In this document: piece after piece, positions 63,210 to 64,000 of the stretch
How the letters are laid out: every line of letters starts with the position of its first letter
Position numbering within the stretch: the stretch's first letter is position 1
NCBI GenBank assembly: GCA_945861715.1
Contig: CAMAVK010000004.1
Span: 784 to 64,783 of the forward strand
From: Candidatus Woesearchaeota archaeon
Lineage (GTDB): Archaea > Nanobdellota > Nanobdellia > Woesearchaeales > GW2011-AR9
Direction: 5' to 3'
DNA: 64,000 nucleotides
Made by a program: the position numbers and the translations under genes
Notes under the pieces: generated by a model
Seen by the model: the letters and a program-made list of their open reading frames with translations, nothing else
Databases searched by the model: none
What the model was told of the DNA's origin: nothing

Positions 63210-64000
63210 ATGGGATTACTTGATCGAATTGCAGTATTACTTCCGGAAGTTAAGGCTCCAACAGGACGTCTTGGATTTTCGGAAAAATTAAAATGGACAC
63301 TTCTTACATTAACGTTATTTTTTGTACTTGGTCGGATTCCTTTGTTTGGTCTAGGTGAGAACGCTCTTCAACAGTTTGAGTTTTTGTCGATTATTCTTGG
63401 TGCATCATTTGGGTCAATTATTAGTTTAGGTATAGGTCCACTTGTAACTTCATCGATTGTTTTGCAATTACTTGCTGGTACAGGTATGTTAAAGATTGAT
63501 ACGCATACACCTGAGGGTAGGCGAAGGTTTGCTGGCTTACAAAAGATTTTATCGCTTGTGTTTATTGTCTTAGAAGCAGGTATTTATGTTTTGATGGGTG
63601 GACTTGCACCTTCTTCTACTCTGATTGGAACGCCTGCTTTCGTTCAATTTGAGATGATTTTGATTTTTCAATTGATCCTTGGCGGATTGATGATTATGTT
63701 TATGGATGAGGTCATTTCTAAATGGGGTTTTGGCTCTGGTATTAGTTTGTTTATTGCGGCTGGAGTTGCGCAAGAAATTTTTATTCGAGCATTTAACTTT
63801 TTACCTTCACCAAATCAGCCTGATATTGCAGCTGGTGCAGTTCCGGCGTTATTTCAATCCTTATCTAATGGGGATGCAACGACTGCCGCACTTATGCTTG
63901 CTGCATTAGTTTCGACAGTGTTAGTGTTTGCTGTTTCGGTTTTTGCACAAGCAATGAAGGTGGAAATTCCACTTTCTTTTGGACGAGTTCGAGGGTATAG
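63210..64000 (+). CDS. secY: Preprotein translocase subunit SecY, 3'-partial
   Basis: Manual translation gives MGLLDRIAVLLPEV...EKLKWT...LGIGPLVTSSIVLQLL...SKWGFGSGISLFIAAG. SD aggtga upstream. The frame is open to the window end. Confidence 0.97.
   Translation, partial: MGLLDRIAVLLPEVKAPTGRLGFSEKLKWTLLTLTLFFVLGRIPLFGLGENALQQFEFLSIILGASFGSIISLGIGPLVTSSIVLQLLAGTGMLKIDTHTPEGRRRFAGLQKILSLVFIVLEAGIYVLMGGLAPSSTLIGTPAFVQFEMILIFQLILGGLMIMFMDEVISKWGFGSGISLFIAAGVAQEIFIRAFNFLPSPNQPDIAAGAVPALFQSLSNGDATTAALMLAALVSTVLVFAVSVFAQAMKVEIPLSFGRVRGY

Noticed and set aside
539-63909. Numerous 60-150 aa antisense or off-frame ORFs in the ORF track
   Set aside because: They lie inside confidently identified genes, lack motifs, and are expected shadows of biased codon usage.

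Overview
This is an archaeal chromosome segment, most likely from a DPANN/Woesearchaeota-like organism. That placement is an inference from the archaeal-type ribosomal proteins, Top6A/B, Nop5/fibrillarin, Cbf5, RFC, archaeal DnaG and the many orphan membrane or surface proteins. Bases 1-49 kb mix information-processing genes (cbf5/truB, rpl31e-rpl39e-rps19e, rfcL, rfcS, rpl10e, top6A/B, Dim2-KH, rio1, dnaG, nac, sec61beta, RNase P RNA, fibrillarin, nop5) with metabolic or stress genes (IMPDH/GMPR-family enzyme, pgk, MscS, LemA, EamA, ferredoxin, NmrA-like, Bcp) and accessory orphans. Bases 49.5-64 kb are the S10/spc ribosomal superoperon from rpl3 to a partial secY. No CRISPR array, tRNA, rRNA or transposase was seen. 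The main leads are: (1) a full-length family-B polymerase with intact exonuclease motifs but no recognisable palm catalytic motifs; (2) a nucleotidyltransferase + RelE-like two-gene operon; (3) a TATA-preceded ~75-nt structured RNA with H/ACA/K-loop-like architecture; (4) a ~215-nt structured, possibly switching leader upstream of rpl3; (5) fibrillarin with a ~340-aa disordered C-terminal tail; (6) bacterial-type RNAP alpha-CTD-like and primase CHC2 zinc-finger domains in orphan proteins; (7) a CBS-containing IMPDH-like enzyme with GMP-reductase-type motifs; (8) a Cys-rich surface protein gene split by one in-frame TAG and lacking its 5' end; (9) strong G+T skew of the + strand throughout. All family calls come from motif recognition by eye, with no database search.
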